64,000 nucleotides of DNA from Nannocystis bainbridge (GTDB lineage: Bacteria > Myxococcota_A > Polyangia > Nannocystales > Nannocystaceae). The notes beneath the pieces are model-generated. The model was given only the letters and a program-made list of their open reading frames with translations, did no database searches and had not been told where the DNA came from. Below are positions 1 through 12,126 of the stretch, in pieces (within the stretch, counting starts at the first letter, position 1; the number at the start of each line of letters is the position of its first letter). Where the stretch lies: NCBI RefSeq assembly GCF_028368995.1, contig NZ_JAQNDL010000001.1:1888001-1952000 (forward strand), given 5' to 3'. Made by a program: the position numbers and the translations under genes.

Positions 1-684
1 GGTGAGCGCCAGCTCGGCCACCAGGTCGCCGAGGCTCGCCTTGACGGTCGTGCTGCCGGCCGCGACGGCGCGCACGATCACGTGGCCGTCGCCGGTGCCG
101 ACCACCTCGACCACCCCGTCGTCGGCCACCTCGAAGGTGAACGCGAGCAGGCCGGCGAGCACGTAGCGGTCGGTGTCGCGGGCGATCGCCACCAGCTCCA
201 GCTCGCTCCCGGCCGCCAGCGTGTACGCGTCGTAGTCGACGCGCTGGTGCTGGATCGCCAGCGTCGCCGGCCTCGTCGCGAACACGTGGATCAGGTCGCC
301 GATGGCGCTGTCCGGCAGCAGCGCCAGGACGGCGGTGTGGCCGGCGGCCACGGCCGTGAAGATCCCCGCCTTCAGGCTCAGGCGCTCGGCGGCGCCGGTG
401 CGGAGTTCGGGCGGCGGCCGCGAGAGATCTTCGTTCCAAGTGTAGTCGAGGGCGAAGCGGGCGCCCACGGCCACGCGGACCGGGAAGTCGCCGACCGACT
501 CGCCGGTCGGACAGGCCGGATCGTCCGCGCCGATGCAGCGGAAATGGAACTCGCCGTTGCCGAGCTCGCCAGGGCCGGGCTGGGGGTCGTAGGGGGCATC
601 GCTGCAGTCGTCGAGGCATCCACCGAGGGCGAGGAGCCCCGCCAGGAGCAGCGGGCGGGAGAAGGCACATGGTCTTGAGGACAT
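1..684 (-). CDS. Hypothetical lipoprotein, 3' end runs off the window
   Basis: Not in the ORF track. Manual translation from ATG at 684 gives MSSRPCAFSRPLLLAGLLALGGCLDDCSDAPYDPQPGPGELGNGEFHFRC..., with a lipobox-like LGGC and an open frame as far as I read it. Confidence 0.7.
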   Translation of the reverse strand, partial: MSSRPCAFSRPLLLAGLLALGGCLDDCSDAPYDPQPGPGELGNGEFHFRCIGADDPACPTGESVGDFPVRVAVGARFALDYTWNEDLSRPPPELRTGAAERLSLKAGIFTAVAAGHTAVLALLPDSAIGDLIHVFATRPATLAIQHQRVDYDAYTLAAGSELELVAIARDTDRYVLAGLLAFTFEVADDGVVEVVGTGDGHVIVRAVAAGSTTVKASLGDLVAELALT

Positions 685-967
685 AAACTTAAGAACAGGT
701 CGTAAGGGCCAGATCGAGACGCAGACCGCGTCCGTCCTCGATCTTGACCGGACGGCGAGGCAGCCGCAAGGGAGACCGGGCGACCCCGACGCAGTCTTCA
801 GGCGCGCATCGAGCGCGGGGCCGCTCGCCTGCCGCGTCACACAGTTGTCACCAAGGTGTCACGTTCTCGCCGGTTTTTGCCGCCGTCCCGTGACTGACAG
901 ACCGCTCGACCCCGCGTAGATTTCGGGCGTAGGCGGCCTCCTGGCGGCCTCGACCGAGGAGAACCTC

Positions 968-2383
968 ATGGAGGCGATGTTCCACGGACTGACGACGACG
1001 ACCGGATTTTTGCTCGTCGTCTCGCTCCTCATCGCGTTCGGGTTCGAATTCGTCAACGGCTTCCACGACACGGCCAACGCGGTGGCGACGGTGATCTACA
1101 CCCGGTCGCTGCGGCCGTGGACGGCGGTCATCCTGTCGGGCATCTGCAACTTCCTCGGCGTGTTCGTCGGCGGGCTCGCGGTCGCGCTCAGCATCATCCA
1201 CCTGCTGCCGATCGAGCTGCTGGTGTCGAGCGGCGTCGGCCTCGGGCTGGCGATGATCCTGTCGCTGCTGCTGGCGGCGACGCTGTGGAACCTCGGCACC
1301 TGGTACCTCGGCCTGCCGTCCTCGAGCTCGCACACGATGATCGGCGCGATCCTCGGGGTCGGCATCGCCAACTCGATGCTGCCGGGCCACGAGTTCGGCG
1401 CCGGCGTCAACTGGGCCAAGGTCTGGGACGTCGGCCTGGCGCTGCTGTTGTCGCCGCTGATCGGCTTCACCCTGGCGGCGCTGCTGCTGCTGCTGTCGAA
1501 GCGGCTGATCCGCGACCCGCAGCTGTACCGCGCGCCGCTCGGCTCGCGCCCGCCGCCGCCGTGGATCCGCGGCGTCCTCATCTTCACCTGCACCGGGGTC
1601 AGCTTCGCCCACGGCTCCAACGACGGCCAGAAAGGCGTCGGCCTGGTGATGCTGATCCTGATGGGCGTGGTCCCGGCCGGGTTCGCCATCAACCTGGCGC
1701 TGAGCGAGGCGCAGATGCGCCAGGCCGAGGCGGCGGTGGTGACGATCCACGACGCGCTCGGGACCGCGGCGACGTCGGCCCCCGACGTGCGCAAGCAGCT
1801 CGACGAGGTCGAGGACGAGCTGCAGTCGCTGAAGGCCACCCTCGGCTCCGCGACCCACCCCGAGCAGGTCCCGGCCGATCAGCGCTTCGCGGTCCGCCGC
1901 GACGTGCTGCTGATCGACTCGACGCTGAAGAAGCTCGACCAGTCGGGCGCGCTGGTGGTGCCGAAGGACGAGTCCAGGCGGATCAAAGAGGCGCGCGCCG
2001 ACCTGCGCGAGCTGACCGACTACGCGCCCAACTGGGTCCTGTTCTGCGTCGCGCTGTCGCTCGGCGTCGGCACCATGGTCGGCTGGAAGCGCATCGTCGT
2101 GACCGTCGGCGAGAAGATCGGCAAAGAGCACCTGACCTACGCCCAGGGCGCCTCGGCCGAGCTGGTGGCGATGAGCACGATCGGGATCTCCGCCGGCCTC
2201 GGTCTGCCGGTCAGCACCACGCACGTGCTGTCCTCGGGGGTCGCAGGCACCATGGTCGCCCAGCGCGCCGGGCTACAGGCCGCCACGGTGGTGAAGATCG
2301 CCTCGGCGTGGGTGCTGACGCTGCCGGCCTCGATGCTGCTGGCCGGCGTGCTGTTCCTGGTGTTCCGCGCGATGCTCTGTTAG
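968..2383 (+). CDS. pitA: Inorganic phosphate transporter, PiT family
   Basis: Signature motifs GFHDTANAVAT, GLPSSSSH, FAHGSNDGQK and GLPVSTTH; many TM segments. Confidence 0.95.
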   Translation: MEAMFHGLTTTTGFLLVVSLLIAFGFEFVNGFHDTANAVATVIYTRSLRPWTAVILSGICNFLGVFVGGLAVALSIIHLLPIELLVSSGVGLGLAMILSLLLAATLWNLGTWYLGLPSSSSHTMIGAILGVGIANSMLPGHEFGAGVNWAKVWDVGLALLLSPLIGFTLAALLLLLSKRLIRDPQLYRAPLGSRPPPPWIRGVLIFTCTGVSFAHGSNDGQKGVGLVMLILMGVVPAGFAINLALSEAQMRQAEAAVVTIHDALGTAATSAPDVRKQLDEVEDELQSLKATLGSATHPEQVPADQRFAVRRDVLLIDSTLKKLDQSGALVVPKDESRRIKEARADLRELTDYAPNWVLFCVALSLGVGTMVGWKRIVVTVGEKIGKEHLTYAQGASAELVAMSTIGISAGLGLPVSTTHVLSSGVAGTMVAQRAGLQAATVVKIASAWVLTLPASMLLAGVLFLVFRAMLC

Positions 2384-2437
2384 CGCGGCGTCGCGCCCGG
2401 GCGAGCGGCTATAGTGCGCGCCGGAGGTCCGCTCTCG

Positions 2438-2722
2438 ATGCCCAGCAGCAGGTCCTGGTTCCTCGTGCCCGTGCTGGCGATCGCGGCGATCGCCTGTGAC
2501 AAGTCGACGAAGTCGCCCGACGCCAACATCGGCGGCACGTACTCCGTCACCCGCGAGACGCCCTTCTTCGACAGCGGCTGCGGCCAGGACCGCCTCGGCG
2601 ACGGCAAGCTGCGCGCCAAGACCCGCTTCACGCTGGTGGCCGCGCGCGCCGACTGCTGGACGATCAAGCTCGGCGACGAGGACGAGACCTACATCGTGCC
2701 GACGCACGTGCGCGCCGAGTGA
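2438..2722 (+). CDS. Small hypothetical lipoprotein
   Basis: GGAGG upstream; signal peptide ending AAIAC; GC3-rich codons. Confidence 0.65.
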   Translation: MPSSRSWFLVPVLAIAAIACDKSTKSPDANIGGTYSVTRETPFFDSGCGQDRLGDGKLRAKTRFTLVAARADCWTIKLGDEDETYIVPTHVRAE

Positions 2723-2831
2723 CGCGGCGTGACGCGCCGAGTGACGCACCGGCGGCGTGACGCTCGGGCGCGCCGCGTGACGCGCCGAGTGGCAAGCGTC
2801 GTGACATGCGGCGCGAAGCGGCGAGTGACGC
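2719..2831. repeat. Cluster of short GTGACGC repeats
   Basis: GTGACGC at 2719, 2729, 2741, 2757, 2777 and 2825; GTGACAT at 2801. Confidence 0.6.
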
Positions 2832-3286
2832 GCTCGCGTCATGCGGGCGCGCCTCGCGGGCGTGCACGCGCGGCGTGATGCTGGCCCGCCCGCGCGGCGC
2901 GTGCCGCGAGCTCGAGCCACATCGAAACGCGACGTGACCCGCTCGCGCTTGCGACGAGCATGCGCCGGGTGACGCGCCGGGCCGTGCGCCCCCCAGAGCC
3001 CCGCGAGGCGGCGTGACGGCAATCGCACGGCGGCGACCGGTGCAGCCTGCCCTTCGAGACCCGTGGCGCAGGGCTCGCAGCACGACCGGCGGCCGAGCAC
3101 GACGCGCCTCGTTCGCCTGGTCGGCGAGCGAGCGGCTGCTCGCCCGCTTCCGCGGCTCGCTCCGCCATGCGGACGCGGCGTGGCCCGCGGCACAGCGGCG
3201 AGGCGCCCGCGGTAGCCGGCCGCGGACTTCGTTTCAGACTGTTCGCCGGGACGTCGCGGCTGCCGCGGCTCCAGGGGGCGAGCGAG

Positions 3287-3757
3287 ATGGTGCGACGCAT
3301 GTGCTTGGCCGCGGCCATGTCCGCTCTCCTGGCCGTCGGGACAGGTTGCGATCTGGTCGCACCGCCGCCTCCGCCGCCCCCGTGCGGCGCGCCGGGCGAT
3401 CTGCCGTGCCCGTTCGGGACGCTGTGCGAGGACGACCCCGACGACGCCTGCGATCCGCTGCGCGGGCCCTGCCCCGGCCGCTGCGAGGCGGTCCCGTGCG
3501 GCGAGGCGCTCGGACTCACCTGCTCCGAAGGACAGGTCTGCATCGACGACCCCGACGACGACTGCGAGGCCTTCGTCGGCGGGCCGAGCTGCGCCGGCGT
3601 GTGCGCCGAGGTGCCGCAGCCGATCCTGTGCGCCGAGCCGGGCCGCACGTTCGTGTCGCACAGCCAGGACCTGTGCCAGCAGATCCTCTTCATCTGCGAG
3701 GTCGGGTGGGTCCCGTTCTACAACAGCTGCGGCTGCGGCTGTCAGTTCCTCGGCTGA
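3287..3757 (+). CDS. Cys-rich lipoprotein
   Basis: Lipobox-like GTGC; two C-x-DDPDDxC...C modules; C-terminal SCGCGC. Confidence 0.75.
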   Translation: MVRRMCLAAAMSALLAVGTGCDLVAPPPPPPPCGAPGDLPCPFGTLCEDDPDDACDPLRGPCPGRCEAVPCGEALGLTCSEGQVCIDDPDDDCEAFVGGPSCAGVCAEVPQPILCAEPGRTFVSHSQDLCQQILFICEVGWVPFYNSCGCGCQFLG

Positions 3758-3884
3758 GCGGAGGGCCAGTGATTCGGGCTCGCCCGCGGTCTCGCCACGC
3801 AGGTCACGCGCCCGCCGGGCGCGTCTCGGGCTAACCCGTCCAGCGAGCGACAGCCGGTGCGACGGGCCCGTGCGAGCCCGAATC

Positions 3885-4260
3885 ACTGGCCCCCCGCTCC
3901 CCGCTCGCGGCCGCCTATCTCGCCGCTCGTCACCCGCGCGACAGTCACTCCCGGCTCGCTCGCCACCACCGGTCCGTCGCTCGGCTCGCGGCTCGCTCGC
4001 CGCGCATCACTCCCAGCCCCCCGCTCCCCCGCTCGCGGCCACCGCGGAGCTGCTGCTCGTCATCCGCGACCCGTCGCTCCGGCTCGCCCGCCGCGCCTCA
4101 CTCCTGGCCCCCCGTTCGCCCGCTCGCGGCCGCGGCTCGTCATCCGCGGCCCGTCGCTCCGGCTCGCTCGCCCGCGCCTCACTCCCGGCCACCGCTCGCG
4201 GCCACCGCTCCGTCGCAAGTGGATCGGCGCTCGCGGCTCGCCCGCGCCTCACTCCCGCGC
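3885..4260. repeat. Degenerate intergenic tandem repeat (about 80 bp units)
   Basis: Recurrent CTCACTCCYGGCC, CCGCTCGCGGCC and CGTCATCCGCGRCCCGTCGCTCCGGCTCGC blocks (e.g. near 4058 and 4138) between convergent genes. Confidence 0.55.
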
Positions 4261-5112
4261 GCGGAACAGGCCGCTCATCGACAGCTCGAGCTGGCTGCGC
4301 ACCAGGCCGAGGATGCTGTCGACCTCGGCGCGTTCGACCTTGAGCTGGCGCTCGAGCAGCGCCTGCGTCCCGCGCAGCAGCGCCTCGCGGCCGCGCGTCA
4401 CCCAGCGGGCCGCGGTCGCGCGGTGGATGCCGTAGACCGCGGCGATCCGGTCGATGCTCAGGCGGTCGAGGAAATACAGGCGCAGCACGTTGCGCTCGTC
4501 GGTCTCGAGGCCGGCGAGCGCGTCGCGCAGCGCCTGCTCGACCTCGCGGCGGTACTGCGACTTGAGGAACGACAGCTCGGGGTCGGGCGACGCGGGGTGG
4601 TGGGCCTCGACCAGCTCGGCCGCGGGCACCAGGCGATCGGTGCGCGCCTGCTCGCGGAAGTTGAGGGCCATGCGCACGGCGGCGACCCGCAGCCAGCCGC
4701 CGAGCGGACCGCGGCCGGCGTAGTCGCCGATCTTGGCCGGTGCGTCCGGGCGACCGACGAGCAGCTTCTCCCACAGCGCCTGGCGCAGGTCGTCGCGGTG
4801 CGCCGGCGGGACGTTGCGGCTCCGCAGCACGGCCTCGAGCTCGCCGCCGTGGCGGGCCTGGATCGCCGCCGACGCGCCCGCGAGGCGCCGGTGGCAGGCG
4901 CACGCGAGGTAAAAATCGGCCGCGTGAAGGGCCGCCAGCTCGCACGCGCCGGCGTGGCGGTCGAGGTGGGCCACGAAGTCCGCGCGCGCGAGGTCGAGGC
5001 CCGGCCAGGCGGCGCGGCCCTCGGCGTACAGGCGGGACCGCAGCGCCTCGGCGGCGGGATCGGGCTCCGTGGCGCGCACGGGCGCGTGCTCAAGGATGGT
5101 CTCGTCGCGCAT
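4249..5112 (-). CDS. Myxobacterial ECF-like sigma-70 factor
   Basis: DFYLACAC N-terminal motif; YAGRGPLGGWLRVAAVR region 2; LSIDRIAAVYGIHRATAARW region-4 HTH. The real start is at MRDETIL within the long shadow ORF. Confidence 0.85.
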   Translation of the reverse strand: MRDETILEHAPVRATEPDPAAEALRSRLYAEGRAAWPGLDLARADFVAHLDRHAGACELAALHAADFYLACACHRRLAGASAAIQARHGGELEAVLRSRNVPPAHRDDLRQALWEKLLVGRPDAPAKIGDYAGRGPLGGWLRVAAVRMALNFREQARTDRLVPAAELVEAHHPASPDPELSFLKSQYRREVEQALRDALAGLETDERNVLRLYFLDRLSIDRIAAVYGIHRATAARWVTRGREALLRGTQALLERQLKVERAEVDSILGLVRSQLELSMSGLFRARE

Positions 5113-5188
5113 CGCCGCGGCGCGACGATACTGCCGGCCCCCGGGACCGTAAAGCCGCGCGCGCACGAGCTCGCTGCTTCTCGTGGCA

Positions 5189-5281
5189 TCGGCGCGCTGC
5201 GAGCCGCGTGCTCGTGCGCGAAGCTCGTCGGAGCGTCGGCGCGCTGCGAGCCGCGTGCACCTGCGCCGCGCTCGTCGGAGC
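5189..5281. repeat. Two-copy direct repeat (about 48 bp)
   Basis: TCGGCGCGCTGCGAGCCGCGTGC...CTCGTCGGAGC occurs twice in the kinase-sigma spacer. Confidence 0.6.
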
Positions 5282-5318
5282 CTCGACGCAATTCGCTCCG
5301 CGGCCTGCGCGACCCGCC

Positions 5319-8081
<2,763 letters not shown>

Positions 8082-8556
8082 GCCGTCGCCCCCGCGCGCA
8101 CCACGACGAGACCCGCCGCTCGCCGGCCCCCCGCGCTCGCCCTGCCCTCGCCGTCCGTCATCGCCGCGCCGCCACGATAACAAGGAAGCGAGCCGACCGC
8201 GGCGCGCGAGCGCGGCCGAAGCTCGCGTGGATCTGCGCCTCGACATGTCTCAAAAGACATATCACTCGGGCCCGACCCGATTCACATCACGGCGATCGCC
8301 CGCTGCCGCGGCCGCTGTCGAACTTCGCATTGCCCGGCCCTCGAGCGCCGCACTCGAGCTCGATCGTCCCGCGTGCGAGCCCCGCGGCCGCGGTGCGGTC
8401 GCGCGCCCACGATTTTCGTCTCATCGCCCTGCGACATCGCGACGGCCGCCCTGTCATCCCCGCGAGGGGCCAGCGGGCTCGGCCGGTGCGCGCGCTTGCG
8501 AATCGTCGCCGCGCCCGCCGCCGTCGCTCGCGTCCTCGCGCACAGGTGCCACTGTC

Positions 8557-11500
8557 ATGATTCGCCCGATCTCCCGCATTGCCATTTCGCGCTGCAGCCC
8601 CGCCGTCCTGTCTGCCCTCGTCCTCGGCGCCGCCGGCACCGCCGCCGCCGCGCCCCTTACCGAAGCCGACTGCCACGCCAAGTGTCCCAACATTCCGGCG
8701 CCGCCCAAGAATTGGACCACCACCGTCGGCCACGTCGAATGCGTCGAGTACGCCAATTACCGCTCCAAGCTCAAGCACTCCGGCAACGCCTGGACCTGGG
8801 CCGAATACCCCAAATGCAGCGGTGAGTCCGGCGTCACCTGCGTGCAGGACAACCCCGAGCCTGGCACCGTCATGGTCAGCCAGCCGTACCAGAACCAGGC
8901 CTACGGGGCCGGCCACGTCGCCGTCGTCGACTGCGTGGTCGGCGATTGGGTCAAGGTCAGCGAGTACAACTGGACCCCGGGCGTGTTCAAGGGCGACCGC
9001 TGCATCAACGTCAAGGAGGCGCGCGACAAGGACACCCCGTTCGCGTTCGTGCGCGCGTTCGGCAGCCTGTTCCCGGCCGAGGGCGAGCGCTGCGAGGACC
9101 CGCTGAAGATCAGCCACGCCTTCGTCAAGCCCGACCCCAACGACAAGCTGGCCAAGCGCGGCACCGTCGAGATCTCGTTCGGCACCTCCGCCTGCAGCCG
9201 GGCCAAGTTCCGCCTCCATCGCAAGATCTGGAAGTTCGAGGGCGGCACCAAGGTGCTTCACGAGCAGTGGACGAAGCCGGTCAAGAACGTCCGCGACATC
9301 TACACCGACACCTTCGAGGACGTCCCGACCTGCTCGCAATTCGAGTACGTGCTCGAGCGCGAGATGGTCGACCCGCCGATCGTCGGCGCCAAGATCAAGC
9401 AGTCGCCGGCGATGACCGGCGTCAACCTCGAGCCGCCGAGCCTGGTCACCGCCGACTTCGTGCCCAAGGTCTACGGCCAGATGTTCCTGCGCTGGAAGTC
9501 CGCCTGCCCCAATTACGCCGGCAGCACCAAGACGCAGTACCAGATCGTCTACAGCCGCGGCATCGGCAACCCGGTCACCGTCGGCCCCGTCGACGGTACC
9601 GTCATCCCCGGCAACGGCCCCCAGGACCGCGAGCACAAGCTCGTCAGCTTGTTCGGGGCCACCAACTACAGCGTCAGCGTCCGCACCTTCAATTACTCCG
9701 ACGTCTCCGCCACCACCGCCGACGGCGTGTTCACCACCCCGGCGCCCAACAACACCACCCCGGCCCCGCTGCCGCAGCGGCCCAAGCTGGCGATGCGGTG
9801 CGGCGACGGCAAGCTCGACGCCTCGTGGGTCGCCGCGGCCGGCGGCGAGAGCTACGAGCTCGAGTTCACCGGTCCGAGCACGCAGGTCCCCAAGCCCAAG
9901 CCGGTGATCGTCCCGGCTGTCGGCCTCACGCACAGCTTCGACGCCGCCGTCGACGCCAACTACACCGTGCGCCTGCGGTCGTACCGCGCCGGCAAGCCGT
10001 CGGCCTGGACCGACCCCGTCGTGTTCGCGCGCGACTGCGTGGCCGAGGCCCCGCTCGTCAGCCCGCTCGTCAACGACGACTGCGCCGGCGTCAAGCTGAC
10101 CTGGAAGCCCGACCCCGCCGCGACCGCGGCCCACCTCAAGAAATACGAGATCATGCGCCGCGAGGAGGGCGGCCAGCTGCAGCCGATCGCCTCCACCCTG
10201 CCGACCGTGCTGACCTACAACGACATCGAGGCCAGCCCCGGCAAGCACTATTTCTACAGCGTGCGCGCCCTGTTCCAGACCCCCGAGGGCAAGCCCCTGG
10301 TCTCGCCGCCCGCCCCGCAATCCCCTGTCGTCATCCCCAAGAGCCCGCCGCGCGCCCCCGAGATCGAGAAGATCACCACCCGGGTCGACCGCGCCACCCT
10401 CGAGTTCACCGACAACGCCACCAACGAGACCGAGTTCATCATCAAGCGCTGGACCGACAACGAGTCGGGCGCGCTGGTGCAGTACCGCATCGACGGCAAG
10501 CAGGGCACCGGCAAGGTCACCTTCGCCGACCCCAACCCGCTGCCGATCGAGGACCGCAGCTATCGTTACCGCGTGTTCGCGGTCAAGGGCGCCTGCAAGG
10601 AGACCAATGTCACCGCCTCGCTGCCGGTCGAGGGCCGGCGCATGCGCCCGCCCGTCAACGTCACCGTCGCCAAGGACAGCTCCGACGGCGCCCTGCTCAA
10701 GTGGCAGGACACCAACCACCGCGTCACCTCCTACGAGATCTACCGCAAACAGCTCAGCGAGCCGGTGTGGTCGGCCTCGCCGATCGCCACCGTCAGCAGC
10801 GACAAGAAGAGCTACGTCGACATGGCCAAGGTCGACGCCCAGTACTCCGTCAAGGCGATCTTCAACGGCGAGCGCACCCTCAGCGACGGCGTCGGCTCGG
10901 CGCCGGTGACCTACCTGCGGCAGACCAGCAAGGCCTGCCCGGCGGGCGGCACCAAGCCGGTGTTGACGCGGGTCACCAACCTCGACGACCCGCGCCGCAG
11001 CAAGGTCGAGTTCACCTACGACGCCCCCGCCAGCTTCGCCACCCGCATCGAGTACGCCCGCGGCACCAACGGCCCGTGGCTCACCGTGCAGGAGACCAAC
11101 GCCAAGGCCGGCCCGGTCGACATCGACGTGAGCCCGTTCATGAACCAGCAGATCTGGCTGCGGGTGATCGGCTTCGATCCCACCAACAACTGCGTGTCGG
11201 CGCCCTCGACCCCGCACGTCGTCTATCCATTGCCCGCCCCGGTGCCGCTGCCCACCGTGCCCGCGCACAAGAACTGCCCGCAGGGCCTGCTCGTCAAATG
11301 GGTCGATACCAGCACCTACGGCAGCAAGTTCCAGGTCGAGTGGCAGCCCGACATCCACGCGCCGTGGCAGCCGATGCCGAAGGAGGACTACTTCCGGGTC
11401 ACCGGCACCAAGGAGGTCTGGCAATGCCACAAGCCGGTCGCCGCCGACGCCGGCTATCAATACCGCGTGCGCAGCACCTACCACGTGCTCAAGAGCGGCA

Positions 11501-12063
11501 AGCCCGACGTGCTGAGCACCTCGCGCTGGTCGAACGACGCTGGCGTGAGCGACGGCGGCGGCGCCGCGATGTCGCTCGCCAACGGCACGATGGAGTCGAT
11601 CCCCGCCTACGGCAAGCCGGGTGACCGGCTCCAGAACTGGGGCCCGGAGGGCGCCTGGACCCTCCACGAGCTTCACGACCGCCCGGGTAGGCAGGGCCTC
11701 GGCCTGCGCTTCGGCTACTACTCCGCCGGCTCCGAGACCGTCGGCCAGATCCTCGACGCGACCTTCGAGGCCGGCACGACCTACACCTTCAAGGGCCACG
11801 TCAACGGCGGTGGTGACAAGACCGGCAAGGTCCCGTTCCAGATCGGCTACCTCACCAACACCAGCGACATCATGACCTTCAAGCCGCTCGCCACCGAGAA
11901 GTTCTCGGCCGGCAACGATTGGACGGCCGTCAAGGGCGTCACCCACACGGTCAAGGCTGGCGACGTCGCCGTCGGCAAGCGCATCGTCGTCCGCCTCGGC
12001 GGCGGCAGCGACGGCGGCAGCACGGACATCTGGTTCGACAACCTCACCCTGATCGCCAAATGA
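8557..12063 (+). CDS. Secreted CHAP-domain protein with multiple fibronectin type III repeats and a C-terminal beta-sandwich (CBM-like) domain
   Basis: Signal peptide; ECVEYA...GNAWTW...GHVAVV...VSEYNW (CHAP Cys/His/Glu); repeated FN3 patterns (LTW/W...Y.Y.VRA, FTDNATNETEF). Confidence 0.8.
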   Translation: MIRPISRIAISRCSPAVLSALVLGAAGTAAAAPLTEADCHAKCPNIPAPPKNWTTTVGHVECVEYANYRSKLKHSGNAWTWAEYPKCSGESGVTCVQDNPEPGTVMVSQPYQNQAYGAGHVAVVDCVVGDWVKVSEYNWTPGVFKGDRCINVKEARDKDTPFAFVRAFGSLFPAEGERCEDPLKISHAFVKPDPNDKLAKRGTVEISFGTSACSRAKFRLHRKIWKFEGGTKVLHEQWTKPVKNVRDIYTDTFEDVPTCSQFEYVLEREMVDPPIVGAKIKQSPAMTGVNLEPPSLVTADFVPKVYGQMFLRWKSACPNYAGSTKTQYQIVYSRGIGNPVTVGPVDGTVIPGNGPQDREHKLVSLFGATNYSVSVRTFNYSDVSATTADGVFTTPAPNNTTPAPLPQRPKLAMRCGDGKLDASWVAAAGGESYELEFTGPSTQVPKPKPVIVPAVGLTHSFDAAVDANYTVRLRSYRAGKPSAWTDPVVFARDCVAEAPLVSPLVNDDCAGVKLTWKPDPAATAAHLKKYEIMRREEGGQLQPIASTLPTVLTYNDIEASPGKHYFYSVRALFQTPEGKPLVSPPAPQSPVVIPKSPPRAPEIEKITTRVDRATLEFTDNATNETEFIIKRWTDNESGALVQYRIDGKQGTGKVTFADPNPLPIEDRSYRYRVFAVKGACKETNVTASLPVEGRRMRPPVNVTVAKDSSDGALLKWQDTNHRVTSYEIYRKQLSEPVWSASPIATVSSDKKSYVDMAKVDAQYSVKAIFNGERTLSDGVGSAPVTYLRQTSKACPAGGTKPVLTRVTNLDDPRRSKVEFTYDAPASFATRIEYARGTNGPWLTVQETNAKAGPVDIDVSPFMNQQIWLRVIGFDPTNNCVSAPSTPHVVYPLPAPVPLPTVPAHKNCPQGLLVKWVDTSTYGSKFQVEWQPDIHAPWQPMPKEDYFRVTGTKEVWQCHKPVAADAGYQYRVRSTYHVLKSGKPDVLSTSRWSNDAGVSDGGGAAMSLANGTMESIPAYGKPGDRLQNWGPEGAWTLHELHDRPGRQGLGLRFGYYSAGSETVGQILDATFEAGTTYTFKGHVNGGGDKTGKVPFQIGYLTNTSDIMTFKPLATEKFSAGNDWTAVKGVTHTVKAGDVAVGKRIVVRLGGGSDGGSTDIWFDNLTLIAK

Positions 12064-12072
12064 TCGGGCCGG

Positions 12073-12097
12073 TGGCGAGACCGCCGTGGTCTCGCCA
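12073..12097. terminator. Hairpin between convergent genes
   Basis: TGGCGAGACC-5 nt-GGTCTCGCCA, a perfect 10-bp stem. Confidence 0.55.
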
Positions 12098-12126
12098 TTC
12101 ACGGGTGACGACATTCGCGCGGCGCC

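Noticed and set aside
8287-12114. 1275-aa minus-strand ORF, and many other long Arg/Ala/Gly/Pro-rich ORFs in the track
   Set aside because: These are antisense or off-frame shadows of real high-GC genes, with no recognisable motifs.
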